A stretch of 57,619 nt of DNA, the filler included, from Jimgerdemannia flammicorona (lineage: Eukaryota), in NCBI GenBank assembly GCA_003990765.1. It is 3 parts of 3 records of this genome, joined end to end, with 100 filler letters (N's around TTAATTAATTAA, not from the genome) between each part and the next. Parts side by side here need not be neighbours in the genome. Positions count along the whole stretch, not along the records: positions 19,243 to 38,383 come from RBNJ01002015.1; positions 38,484 to 57,619 come from RBNJ01002016.1; 1 more part is not named here. One strand, written 5' to 3'. The position numbers were made by a program, and so were the translations under genes. Numbering within the stretch: position 1 is the first letter of the stretch; each line of letters opens with the position of its first letter. This document shows positions 35,930 to 48,989 of this stretch, one piece after another. The notes beneath the pieces were generated by a model. That model did not search any database and was not told where the DNA came from. It worked only from the letters and a program-made list of their open reading frames with translations.

Positions 35930-38125
35930 CTATGTTGAATCTGCTAGAGAGCAGTTAGGTGGTGCTGATGTATAATGGTCACCATGGTCTGGCATTTTCC
36001 TTGAGAAGAGGAGTTCCTCAGAGGGACCCTCTGTCCCCTATTCTCTATACTCTTTTGTTAGAGCCATTGATGGATAGGATTCACCAGAAGGTGGCAGGGC
36101 TCTCTATATATGGTATAGTGTAGAAGGTGGGGGTCTTTGCTGATGACATAGTGGTTGGACTTAGGTCTGTGGCAGATGTTGAGGCACTTAAGGAGACAGT
36201 GGAATTGTATGAGGCTCACTCTGGGGTGAAGCTCAACTGGCATAAGTATGAGACAATGGTGCTAGAGAATGGGCTAGTGGGTGGAGATGTCATTGGAACA
36301 ATTGTTCCTACTGATGAGGTGGTACAGTATCTGGGCATCTTCCTTTCTGTATATAGTTCTGTCTTGCCATGGGTAGTGCTCCCAAACAAGTTGAATCAAT
36401 TCGAATTGAATCGAATTGAGGGTTAAACAAGTCGAATCGAATTGGGAATTTTTCAATTCGAATCAATTTGAATCGAATCAAAAGTTGAATCGAATTGAGA
36501 GTCTGATTCGAACTCTAATTTTCAAAATGCAATAACTCAGCATAAACTCATCCAAATCTAACGTACTTTAGCTTGTTAGAATCGCATTAATATGGTGAAT
36601 CTAACAAGCTAAAATATGTTAAATTTGGATGAGTTTTCGTCGAGTTATTACATTTTGAAAATTAAGGTTCGAATCAAACTTTGAATCAAATTGGACCTTT
36701 GATTCGATTTGAATCAAATCAAATTGGACCCTTGATTCAATTCATTGGGAGCACTAGCCATGGGTGTGGTGAGAGAGCAGGGTGACTATTTGGGAGAAGG
36801 TCCTTCAAGGTTGGAGAGGCTGCCATATCTCTCTGGCAGGGTGGGTGTCAATTCTGAATATATACTGGTTCTCTAAGCTGTAGTATGTGGCCTATCACCT
36901 AGACTTCCCAGCTTGGGTGGTGAAGAGGCTGATGAAGGTGGCTAGAGATTGGATTTGGGCAGGGAGGAGGTCCCAGATCAGTTGGGATACTCTTGCAACA
37001 CCAGTGGTCAGGGGAGGTCTTGGCCTTGTGGATTTCCCTAAGAGGTTGTACTGCTTGTGAGCCTGGTGGTTGAAGAGAGCTGCTAAACTGCAGGGAGGGG
37101 GTTGGGTGCCTCTGCTGCAGAAGGTGTGAGAGATGAGAACCTCCCCTTGAGGGTCCTCAGGAGATCTGCTCTCTTTGGTAGGGCTGAATGGAAATTGGCG
37201 GCTGTGATTTAAGGGCTTTTGGTGGGGAGTGGTAGATGGAGCACACCAAATTAGCCTGCACTGGCAAGGTAATGAGGAGGAGGTGATGTGGGGGCCTGAT
37301 ATGTGGCAATGAGATAGACTGCTCCTGGGGGGTGCTCCACTTACTATGTTTGATATTGGGAATAGAGTGGAGTATCAGCAGGGGCTTGGCCAGGATCTTT
37401 GGCCAAGTGGCTGGCAGGCGGCAGAGATCAGTGAGGAGTGAGACTGAGCAGATATCTGGTCATGGAGTGCTGAGGTGCAGAGGTGGCTTCCTCCAAAGTT
37501 CTGGGTAGTATGGTGTTGAATACTATGGAGGAATGTCATATTGAATTTCCACACTGGGTATCTGGTGGACAGTGGCCATTTCAATTGTGAGGAGTGTTAT
37601 AATGTAGGGCAAGCTGGGGGTCTTATGCAGATGCTGGAACATTGGTTGGGAGAGTGTGAGGTTCTGGGGGACTTTTGGATAGAAATAGAGAATAGACTAG
37701 GTGTGGAGCAAAGGCCAGCAGGTGAGGGGGGCCACTGGGAGGACTTGAGATCTCAGCTAGTAGATGGGGTGAGTGATAGTTGGCTCACTATAGGGTGGGT
37801 GTTAGCAGTGTGGGTGGGACTGGCAGGACATTGGCTCTTTATATTTGAGAAGGGGTGGCAGATGGGGCTGCAGGAGAAGGGATTAAGGTGGGAGGAGCTG
37901 TTGGGGGATTTACTGGCTAGATGGTGGGTGGGTTGGGGTCCTCAGAGGGGGTGATATGGTAAGGATCTGTGAACAGAGTGGTGGGAGGGTAGAGATTGTG
38001 TTAGACAAAGCAGTCTTTCATCGGGAAGGGGTAGGGAGAGGGGGACCCCCTATGGGGATCAGATAGGGGGTGAGATCACTGTATTTATATAGGATAGATA
38101 GGTATAATAAAGAAAGGAAGTCCAC
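35930..38125 (+). mobile_element. 5'-truncated L1/Tx1-like LINE (RT to 3' end), decayed
   Basis: GVPQRDPLSPILY, GVFADDIVV, YLGI. Homologous to 49950-51720. Interrupted by a MITE. Confidence 0.88.
36374..36756. mobile_element. hAT-type MITE
   Basis: 12-bp TIR TAGTGCTCCCAA/TTGGGAGCACTA and a perfect 8-bp TSD GCCATGGG (36366-36373, 36757-36764). Confidence 0.92.
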
Positions 38126-38130
38126 AAACC

Positions 38131-38383
38131 TTTCTCCGGTAACATTCAGGTTACACAAGACTCAGACAACACTTCTACAACGTTTTTGGTGTCCGATGAC
38201 TAACAACATGGACGGCAACGATCGATCTGGTGAGCGTACTGGTCAGGGGGGCAGCGGCGCCTTTGGCTGGCAGCAGGTGGGGAGGAGGGGAGATGGTTTG
38301 GGGATGCCAGGGGCCTCGATGGCTAGCCGGGGCCCCAGCGGCGGAGGGAGGGGAGGTCTGAGGCAGAGAGGAGGGGAGAGGAC
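38131..38383 (+). mobile_element. 5' end and ORF1 start of a young LINE copy (cut by the gap)
   Basis: TTTCTCCGGTAACATTCAGGTTACACAA matches the 5' end at ~55710-55737. GQGG.G.F.WQQVGR shared with 55284-55658. CpGs intact. Confidence 0.8.
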
Positions 38384-38483
38384 NNNNNNNNNNNNNNNNN
38401 NNNNNNNNNNNNNNNNNNNNNNNNNNNTTAATTAATTAANNNNNNNNNNNNNNNNNNNNNNNNNNNNNNNNNNNNNNNNNNNN
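38384..38483. other. Assembly gap linker (N44-TTAATTAATTAA-N44)
   Basis: Same artificial spacer as 19143-19242. Confidence 0.97.
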
Positions 38484-38726
38484 AAAAAAAAAAAAAAAAA
38501 AAAAAAAAAAACTAATTAGTTTATAGATAATATGATCTTTACTGAACTCCAATATAGTAGATAGGCTTCTCTGATCTTGAATTGAATTTTCATTCTCTCT
38601 GAATAATTGTCTTTCCTCTTAAATTGAATTGTCATTTTTACTAAATGATGAACTTTTCTATTCTTGAATTGAAGATAGGCCATTACTACTGATATTATCT
38701 TGAATTATATATATATATATATATAT

Positions 38727-41700
38727 ATTATTATTATTAAATGGGTAAACAATAAAGGAAGAGTTTTTAGTAAGATGTGATGCTGATATAGTAGATATGA
38801 AGGTCGGTGGTAAGAGTTAAATAATAAGAAATGATCAGCTTACATATATGAATTTTTATGATAGAGCAAAAAAGTAGAATAAGGTTTGATTACAAGAGGT
38901 ACATATCTAACTCTAAATTCCAGAATCAGAATGGTATATAAGTTCTCAGACTATATCTGATCTAAATAAAAGTCTGAATCAGTCACCATTGATCTACAGA
39001 CATAATAGACCATTAAAAACCCAATATAGAAATAATCAGGAAAAGGTACTGGTCATATGATCAAACTGTTATATATACATAAACAATACCAAAAATAGAA
39101 CTAGACTAATGATGGTCATATATAAGTATATAATTGTCACTTATAAGTTTAAAAATCTAAAAATCATTAGTACTCAAAGGTACAGGCATCAGGCCTAGAG
39201 CCTCATGACCAGAGTGGAGTAGAGTCTTAGTACTGGAGTGAGCAAAGTAAGCAGAGGTAGACAGGTGTCACAAAGTATAGGTACATAGGCATCAGGCCTA
39301 AAGTCTCATGCCAGAGATTGTCTAGTAATTTTTCGCATTTTTAAATATTGTATAGTACATATAAGCAGTGCAGCCTCAAGAAGGACTTAGAGTAAAGCTG
39401 GTATTTGAGACAGTATTAAGAATGGTAAAACCATTCTTTCAGACAATGATTGGTCATTAGATAGTTATAGAGAAACTAAAATGAAGTAAAGTGATATATA
39501 GAGTCTTGTCAGGCTGTTGATGTAGCCATTGAGTCATGTTATATTGGACAATAAGCAATGGAGGAGAAAGGGTGAAGTGGGGGATAGGGGGGTGGGAAAT
39601 AAGGAGAGGAGTTAAAAGTGAAGTTTGAATCTCAAGCCAATCAACCAAACTCAACTGAGTGATTATAACATCAATAGGGTATCCTTTCCTATGAACTAGG
39701 AATTTGGCCAAAGACCAACACTCATCAAGCCAATCAAGGTGAGATGAGCAGAGTAATGATAGATAGCAGGCCTCATTTACAATATATAGATGAAGTGTTT
39801 TCCTAGGGTGATTATTCAATCAGTTGACAAACTGTATACTATATGAGAATTTGGCAAAATGGTCTGTACAGAATGGTGTGACTCAGATTTCCAAGTCTAG
39901 ATAATGGTATGGTCTGGCAGACAAGACTTCCCATTCAATACAATGGTGTAGAGGGTACATAGTACCAAAAATTGAGGCCAAGTCCATTATCATGGGTATA
40001 AAGACAATTAAATTATCAATAAACCAGTGGAACTTTAGCCTGACAGTAATGGCTTGGCTAAGCAAATGATTGGGTACTTGTAAGACACACAACTCATGAG
40101 CAAAACTAATAAGATTGGCTAGATCTGAAGCACAATTAGTGCCCATAGCAATGTCAGTTACTGAGCAGAAGGAATCAATGGTAGATGTAAATTTTGTATG
40201 AGTTATGACAATGCAGACAAGGCCTAATATGGCTTTGAGTGGCAAAGAGCCAGGGGGGAATACCACAGTCAACAAGAAGATGAGACAGTCTATATACTCA
40301 TCTAGTGTGATCCTAGTGTAGAATGTAGCAAAATCCCCAGTAGCAATAAGAGAACAAGTAGCCATATCAAGGTAATCTGATTGAACTAATTGTAAAAGTT
40401 CTAGAATATCACATAGAGGTGATTAATGTGAATAACCCACATTATGGTATAAATGGGCCAACTACAGATAGAGAAAGTAAGATAGAAAATATGAAATCTC
40501 AGTTGTGGGAGAGTTAAATACTCCAACAATAGAGTGCTATACCACATGAGCCCCTTTGTATACCTTAGGCAATATGAAATATAGATAACTTGTAATTATT
40601 GGGCTTTATGAGATGTTCCCAAATTGGTATACAACTTGAATTACTAATGTAGAACTCTAGTAGACCCAGTAGGTCTAACTTCACCAATTCCTTAATATTA
40701 TCAATTATAGAGAAATCATTCACATATATAGGATTGTGAAGGAGGAACTGAAGACCATCAAGATATAGAGCATGTGGAATTATGACAAACCCCAGATTTT
40801 TGTCAATAAGACAGACTGTAAAGTCATCATGAGTATGAATATCTTTAAGAAGGTGTTGGAACTTCTTTGGTATAAGTGTACTGAACATATTTGTTGTGGG
40901 TTGGATAGTTTGATTTAGTATGGTACTCATATGAAGCATAATTTGCATATTTTCTATATAGTGCAGTAGTTGCTATTTAGATAGCACCCAGATAGAGATC
41001 TCTGAAATATTGTCAGGATTACCTATAGAGGTTCAGAAGATGGTAAGATTGAGATGCCATTGGAACAATGACAATGAAATCAGATCAATAGTACTGTTCA
41101 TTGACACTGACCTGGGGAGAGTAAACTTGAAGCCAAAGTTCAGCATATATGTGAGCTCAGAAGTAAGTCAGGTGGAGGTATATCAGTAATAAAGTCCTTC
41201 TTGGTAAACATCTGAAACTGAGAGATGAAAAACTAACTTAATTGAGAATCAGAAAGAGTAGACATGAAGGCAAAATCCTGAATTAGTATTGAGGCCACTA
41301 CCCCATATAGAATGGAGATATCAGGGCCAAACTATGCTACCAGAAAGTTATACAAGACTTCTGGACTAGGGATCTCTAGTTTTTTGATGCTAGAGGATAG
41401 ATGTCACCAGCATTATATCAGATGACATGATGTTTGGTAGCAGTACACTTGTTGCACTATGGTATAAATGCTCTGGTGGTACTCTTAGATGAGCAGCTCA
41501 AAGTTGATGAGCAGCTTATAATAGTATAAGTAGAAGAAACAGATAGAGAAGGCAAAGCCTTATGCACTCACTTGACCCCTTTTACAGAACTCTCTGACAA
41601 GGCAGGAGATAGGGGATAAGGACCCCAATAGACCTTTGTAGATATATCAAGACATCTAGAACAGTTGCAGCAATTCTGTACAGTGGAAGCTAAAGTTATG

Positions 41701-43060
41701 CTCACCCCCTTAACCTTTTCTGCAGCCCCTACAGGTATAGTAGTAGAGGATCAGAGAGTGGGGACACTCTTTTTTGGCTGGGCAGAACTAGCAGCAGCAG
41801 AAGCAAACATATATTTGACATCTGGAGTAATGATCTCAGGGTGCTTCCCAAGCTTCTCAACTACAACTTTGCAGGCAGTAGCAGTAATTTCTTGAAGAAA
41901 TGAGAATGCAGAGACTATTGGGTGGACTGTAGCAGCAGCAGCTTTAGCAGTAGCAGCAGTGGCAAGATGGTGAGATTGATACACAATAACATCAAAACTA
42001 TGGAGCAGAAACAAGTTTGTCTTGGCCTGGTTGGTGGCAGCAAGAGTGGTAATATTCTTGCCAGCCTCTTGAGTAGTATCAGCGAGAAGTCCAAAAAAGG
42101 CAAGTGCTTCCATAGATACTCCCATGGCTTTATTGATTTTAGCATACTGGTCTTTGGTATGCTGGGCAGTGATATTATTATCATTCACAGCAGCCTTGAT
42201 TGTAACCTCAGCATGGCACTTGGCTTCTGCAGATATAGTAGCAAGGGCAGTACCATACTGTTCCTCTGGAAGGAGGGCAATTACAGCAGCAACCTTCTTG
42301 AAAGGAGTAAACTTCCAATTGGCAAGTTGGGCTTGCAAGAAGTCAGTATACATAGTACTCATGTACAGCAGCTACCTTGAGAGCATAGAGCACTTCAGTA
42401 TAAGCAGCATAGAAGATAACAGAGACCTCAATAGAAGAAGCAGCCAAGTAGACAACCAGATTGTCAAACTTTACCAAGTCAGCAAAGGAAGCAGTAGGGA
42501 TAGTAGCATTGCCATCTATATTTATGTTGTCTGTCATGTTGTATATTATTAAATGAGTAGACAATAGAGAAAGAGTTTTTAGTGAGATGTGATGCTGATA
42601 CAGTGGATATGAAGGTTGATAGTAAGAGTCAAATAGTAAGAAATGATCAGCTTATGTAAATTTTTATAACAGAGTGAAAAAGCAGAATTAATGTATTTTC
42701 TGAAGTAAGGTATAATTAATCTACAACCCACCCATAATACCATGATATGTGATGGTCTTTATTCAAATTTGAAAACAAGGTTTGGTCACAAGAGATACAG
42801 ATCTAACTCCAGAATTCTGGAATCAAAATGGTGTATAAGTTTCCTGACCATTACCCAATTTAAACAAAAGTCTGAATCAGTCATCATCAATCTATACATA
42901 TGATAGGCCATTAAAAACCTGATATAGAAATAATTGGGAAAAGATACCAGTCATGTGATCAAACTGTTATATATGCATAAACAATGTCAAAAATAGAACT
43001 AGACCAATGATGGTCATATGTAAGTATATGATTGTCACTTATAGGTTTAAAAATATAAAA
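38727..43060 (-). mobile_element. Penelope-like retroelement, left copy (decayed)
   Basis: RT motifs DKNLG, TGDFATFYTRI, IAMGTNCASDLANL, FIDNL, YLDLEI, KGYP (39457-40948). Upstream ORF 41751-42564. Direct terminal repeats ~38727-39160 and ~42545-43060. Confidence 0.85.
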
Positions 43061-46000
43061 AATTGCTGGACAACCTCTGGTGTGAGGCTCTAGGCCTGAT
43101 GCCTGCACCTTTGGGTGTCAATGATTTTTAGGTTTTTGAACCTATAAGTGACAATCATATACTTACATATGATCATCATTGGTCTAGTTCCATTTTTGAT
43201 ATTGTTTATATATGTATAATAGTTTGATCATGTGACTGGTACCTTTTTCTGATTGTTTCTATATCAGATTTTTAATGGCCTATTATATATATAGATTGAT
43301 GATGACTGATTCAGACTTTTGTTTGGATCAGCTAATAGTCTGAGAACTTATGCACTATTCTGATTCTGGAATTCTGGGGTTAGATCTATGTCTCTTGTAA
43401 CTAAACCTTGTTTTCAAATTTGAATAAAGACCATCATGTATCATGGTATCATGGGCAGGTTACAGATCAATTACACCTTACTTCAAAAAATACTTTATTC
43501 TGCTTTTTTACTCTATTATGAAAATTTACATAAGTTGATTATTTCTTACTATTTTACTCTTACTACTGACCTTCATATCTACTATATTAGTATCATATCT
43601 TGCTAAAAACTCTTTCTCTATTGTCTACTCATTTAATAATACACAATATGACAGACAATATAAATGTAGATAGTGATGCTACCATCTCAACTACTTTCTT
43701 TGCTGACTTGGTGAAGTTCAATAACCTGGCCATCTACTTGGCTGCTTTTTCCATTGAGGTCTCTGTTACCTTCCATACTGCTTACACTGGAGTACTCCAT
43801 GCCCTTGAGATAGCTACTGCATGTGAGTACTATACTGACTTCTTGTGGGCCCAACTTGCCAATTGAAAGTTTACCCCTTCTAAGAAGGTTGCTGCTATGA
43901 TTGCTCTTCTTCCAGAGGAACAGCATGGTGCTACTCTTGCTACTATATCTGCAGAAGCCAAGCACCATGCCAAGGCTGCAATTGAGGCAGCCGTAAATGA
44001 TAATAACACTGCCACCCAGTATACCAAGGACCAGCATAATAAAATTGACAAAGCCATGAGAGTATCTACAGAAGCACTTGCCTTTTTTGGGCTTCCCACT
44101 GATACTATCCAAGGGGTTGGCAAGAATATTACCACCCTTGCTGCCACCAACTGGGCCAAGACAAACTTGTTTCTACTCCATGGTTTTGACATTATCATAT
44201 ATCAATCTTGCCATCTTACTGCTACCATTACTGCTAAAGCCACTGCCACTGCAGTCCACTCAACAGTTCCCATATCCTCATCTCTTCAAGAAGGAATTGC
44301 CACTACTGCCCATAAAGTTATAGTTGAGGAGCTTGGGAAGCACCCTGAGATCATTACTCTAGATGCCAAATGTATATTTACTTCTGCTACCACTAGTTCT
44401 GCCCAGCTAAAAAAGAGTGTCCCCACTCTCTGATCCTCTACTGCCATGTCTGTGGAGGCTGCAGGAAAGGTTAAGGGAGTGAGCATGACTTTGGCTTCCA
44501 CTGTGCTGAATTGCCACAACTGTTCTGGATGTCTTAATATACCTACAAAGGTCCATTGGGGTTCTTGTCCCCTATGCCCTGCCTCATCAGAGGGTTCTGT
44601 AAAATGGGTCAAGTGAGTACATAAGGCTTCATCTTTCCATCTATTTCTTCTACTTCTATCAGTACAAACTGCTCATTGACTTTGAGTCACTCATCCAAGA
44701 GTACTGCCAGAACATTTATACAGTAGTGCAATAAGTATACTGCTGCAAAATGTTATATCATCTGGTATAATACCAGTGACATCTGTCCTCTTGTATTAAA
44801 AAACTAGAGGTCCTCAGCCCAGAAGTCTTATATGACTTTCCAGCAGTATGGTTTGGCCCCAATGTCCCCATTCCATATTAGATAGCAGTCTCAATACCAA
44901 TTCAGGATTTTGTCTTCATGTCTACTCTTCCTGGTTCCCAATTAAGTCAGTTTTTCATCTCTCAGTTTTGGATGTTTACTGAGGAGGACTTTGTTATCAA
45001 TATATGTACCTCTGCCTTGGCTTACCCCTGAGCTCATATATATGCTAAACTTTGGCCCCAAGTTTGTTCTCCCTGGGTTGACATTAATAAACAGTACTAT
45101 TGATCTAATTTCATTGTCATTGTTTCAATAGTGTCTCAACCTTGCCATCTTCTGAACCTCTATAGATAATCCTGATGATGTCCTAGAGATCTCTGCCTGG
45201 GTGCCATCCAAATGATGACTACTATACTATATGAAAAATATACAAATTATGCTTCATATGAGTGCCATGCTAAATCAAGCCATCTAACCCATGACAAATG
45301 TGTCCAGTATACTTGTACTAAAGAAGTTCTAACATCTTCTTAAAGATGTCCATACTCATGATGACTTCACAGTCTATCTTACTACAAAAATCTGGGGTTT
45401 GCTATAATTCTGCATGCTCTATATCTTGATGGTCTTCGGTCTCTTCTTCACAATTCTGTATATATGAATGATTTCTCTATAATTGATAATATTAAGGAAT
45501 TGGTAAGGTTAGATCTACTGGGTCTACGAGAGTTCTGTATTAGCAATTCAAGTTGTATGCCAATTTGGGAATATCTCATGGAGCCCAACAATTGCAAGTT
45601 ACCCATGTTTCATACACTGCTCAAGATACACAAAGGGGCTTGCATAGTATGGCACCCTATCATTAGAGCATTTAACTCTCCCACAACTGAGATTTCATAT
45701 TTCCTATCTTGCTTTCTCTATCTGTGGTTGACTCATTTGTACCATAATGTGGGTTATTCACATTACTCACCTCTATATGATATACTAGAACTTTTACAAT
45801 TAGTTCAATTGGATTACCTTTATATGGCTGCTTGTTCTCTTATCACGACTGGAGATTTTACTATGTTCTACACCAAGATCACACTAGATGAGTATATAGA
45901 CTACTTCACCTTCTTGTTGACCATAGCATTCCCCTCTGGCTCTTTGCTGCTTAAAGTCATATTAGGCCTTGTCCACATTGTCATAACTTGTATAATATTC

Positions 46001-47778
46001 ACATCTGCTATCAGTTCCTTCTACTCAGTGACTGGCATTGCTATAGACACTAATTGTGCTCTAGATCTAGCTAATCTTGTTGGTTTTGCTCATGAGTTGT
46101 ATATCTTGCAAGTACCTGATTATTTGCTTAGCTGAGTCATTACTGCCAGATTAAAGTTCTGCTAGTTTATTGATGATTTGATTGTCTTTATGCCTATGAT
46201 TATGGACTTGGCCTTGATTTTTGATGCTGTGTACTCTCCACACCATTATATTGAATAGGAAGTCTTGTCTGCCAGATCATGCTATTACCTAGACTTGGAA
46301 ATCTGAGTTACACTATTCCATACAGATCATTTTGCCAAATTTCCACATAGTATATAGTTTGTTGACTAGTTGAGTAATCACTCTAGAAAGATACTTCATC
46401 TATATATTGTGAATAAGACCCACTACCTATCATTACTCTGATTGTCTTGCCATAATTGACTTGATGAGTGTTGGTCTTTAGCCAAATTCCTGGTTTATGG
46501 AAAAGGATATCCTTTTGATATTATAACCACTTAGTTGAGTTTGATTAATTGGCTTGAGGTTAAAACTTCACTTTTAACCCCTCTCTTTATTTCCCACCAC
46601 CCCATCCCCCACTCTGCTTTTTCTCCCCCATTGTTTATTGTTTAATACAACATAGCCTGATGGCTACATCAACAGTCTGACAAGACTCTACATACTACTT
46701 TGCTTTGTTTTGGTTTCTCTATAACAGCCTGATGACCAATCATCACCTGGAAGAATGGTTTTACCATTCTTAATACTGTCTCAAATACTAGCTTTGCTCT
46801 AAGTTCTCCTTGAGGCTGCATCACCTATATCCCTTATTCTGTAATATAATATAGCCAAATTTAGCTACAAAAAAATTTTAAATTTTTAAATTTTTTTTTG
46901 ACTTAATATTTATTATAAAATTATAAAAAAAAAAATTTTGAAAAAAGTTAGGAAATTTTGAAATTTTTTTTTGATAATTTCATTTTTTTGATTTTCTTTT
47001 GATTTTTATAATATTTTTATAGTTTTTTTTTTTTTCAGCCAAATTCGGCTGCATTACAGAGTAAGGGATATACTATGTGATGTTTAAAAATGTGAAAAAT
47101 TGCCAGACAATCTTTAGCATGAGGCTCTAGATCTAACACCTGCATACCTATACTTCATGATACCTATCTACCTCCACTTGCTTTGCTTGCTCTAGTACTG
47201 AGGCTCTACTCTGCTTTAGTCACAAGACTCTAGGCCTAATGCCTGTACCTTTAGGTATTAATGATTTTTAGAGGTTTAAACCTATATATAAGTGACAATT
47301 ACATGCTTACATAAACTATTATTAGTCTAGTTCCATTTTTGACATTGTTTATATATATAAATCAGTTTGATTATATAACTGATACCTTTTCTCAATTGTT
47401 TCTATATTAGGTTTTTAATGATCTGTCATGTGTATAGATCAATAATAACTAATTCAGACTTTTGTTTGGATCAGGTAATGGTCTGGGAACTTATGCACCA
47501 TTCTGATTCTAGAATTCTAAAGTTAGATCCATGCCTTTTATAACCAAACCTTATTTTCAAATTTGAATAAAGACCATCACATATTATGGTGCTATGGGGT
47601 TGCAGATCAATTGCACCTTACTTTGGAAAACACTTTATTCCACTTTTGTGAAAATTCACATAAGCTTATCATTTCTTACTATTTGACTCTTATTGCTAAC
47701 CTTCATATCCACCATATCAGTATTATATCTCACTAAAAACTCTTCCTTTATTGTCTACTCATTTAATAATAATAATAA
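43058..47778 (+). mobile_element. Penelope-like retroelement, right copy (decayed), inverted relative to the left copy
   Basis: LPMFHTLLKIHK..WHPII, TGDFTMFYTKI, GIAIDTNCALDLANL (45464-46135). Upstream ORF 43648-44433. Direct terminal repeats ~43058-43640 and ~47095-47778 ending in (TAA)n/An. Confidence 0.85.
46831..47067. mobile_element. MITE with CCCTTA...TAAGGG TIRs and ATAT TSD
   Basis: TIR CCCTTATTCTGTAAT / ATTACAGAGTAAGGG, ATAT on both sides. Absent from the paralogous site at ~39360. Confidence 0.85.
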
Positions 47779-47944
47779 AAAAAATTTTTTTTTTGATAAA
47801 ACTTGTTGTAAACTGTTGCCAGACTCCTGTCACACCTAGTACATCAGTGTAGATGAAGTAAAAACTTAAAAATATGCTGCTTTTTGCAGAAAGATGCCTA
47901 TGTGACTTAGCTCACTCTAAGTGGTTTGAGCAAAAGAAGTCTAA

Positions 47945-48268
47945 TCCTTATACTCCTTGATGACCTCTACAATCAATCCTCTGGCCATCTTCTTCAACAC
48001 TACAAGTATATCTACTACTATCAACTATATCACTCAGGGGTTCCAGCATAAGCACTGGGCCATAGGGACCACTCCCCCCCCCCACTACTACTCTCTTCTC
48101 TATTGCTTTCAGCAGCATATTCTTCTTCTTGAAATCTATCTCCACCCCTTCCAGTCTCTTCAAAAATTTTACCAAGGCTGCTCCCTTCACCTCCTGGGCC
48201 AGAAACCCCAGAATCATTCTCACTATATTACTAAGCCCCAGAAACACAATGTGATGATGAATTCTGAC

Positions 48269-48303
<35 letters not shown>

Positions 48304-48870
48304 AATTCTGACCTTGATTTCTTGAGTAATAGTATCACCACTAGGTCTGTTATATCATATGCCAGATCTCTGGACCTCATGCCCACTCCCTGTCCAGATC
48401 TATTATCAATTATCACATCTGGATTTTTTTCCCTATTGGTAGTCTCTTTGCTATCAGTAGTCCTGCTCCCCCCAGCCACTACTCCCCCAGCTCCACTGCT
48501 CTTACTGCTATAGACCACTCTACTAGACCCTGCAGCCCTCACTATCTCCTTGCTCTTCTTCAGCCAACCCTCCAATCCTGTCAATAGATGTCTTCTCTTC
48601 ACCTTGTCAGCAAAGCTCATCCTCTCAGTTCTCTGTCTCCCAGTACTGCCTCCTCTTCTTCTATGTCCTCCAGTCAGTAAGTCTTATATACTTCCCTCTA
48701 AGCCATAACTCCTCTCTACATACTGCCAGTCAAACACACTAGAGCTGCATTACTTAGCACATATCTCAGAATGCTTATTGGTCATCATATTTCTAATACT
48801 TATTCTCCAAAACTAATATTGTAAGTATTTCCAAAAGTTTGTATAATTCAAATATTACTAGAGAAAGGTG
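47945..48870 (-). mobile_element. Decayed LINE 5' end/ORF1 fragment
   Basis: VKFLKRLEGVE motif shared with 54487-55245. Decayed 5' motif at ~48840-48868. Confidence 0.7.
48272..48300 (+). other. Poly(A)-only retroposed insertion with a 15-bp TSD
   Basis: ATGAATTCTGACCTT at 48257-48271 and 48301-48315 flanks A29. Confidence 0.8.
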
Positions 48871-48989
48871 TGGCTGGCAACTTCTTCTGCTACTTATATC
48901 CCTAAGCCCTCTCCCACTGCTCATTATTCACCTGAATACACTTCCCATCCACTACCTCCAAGTGTATTGAGTTTACATATGCCTACCAT

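Noticed and set aside
44500..44580. Cys/His zinc-knuckle-like motif after the Penelope ORF1
   Set aside because: The other arm differs at these codons (CAC vs TGC implies ancestral CGC), so the Cys/His residues may be CpG-decay products.
46725..46765. Hammerhead ribozyme core (CTGATGA...GAA) after the RT
   Set aside because: I could not build convincing stems, and the two copies disagree in the core.
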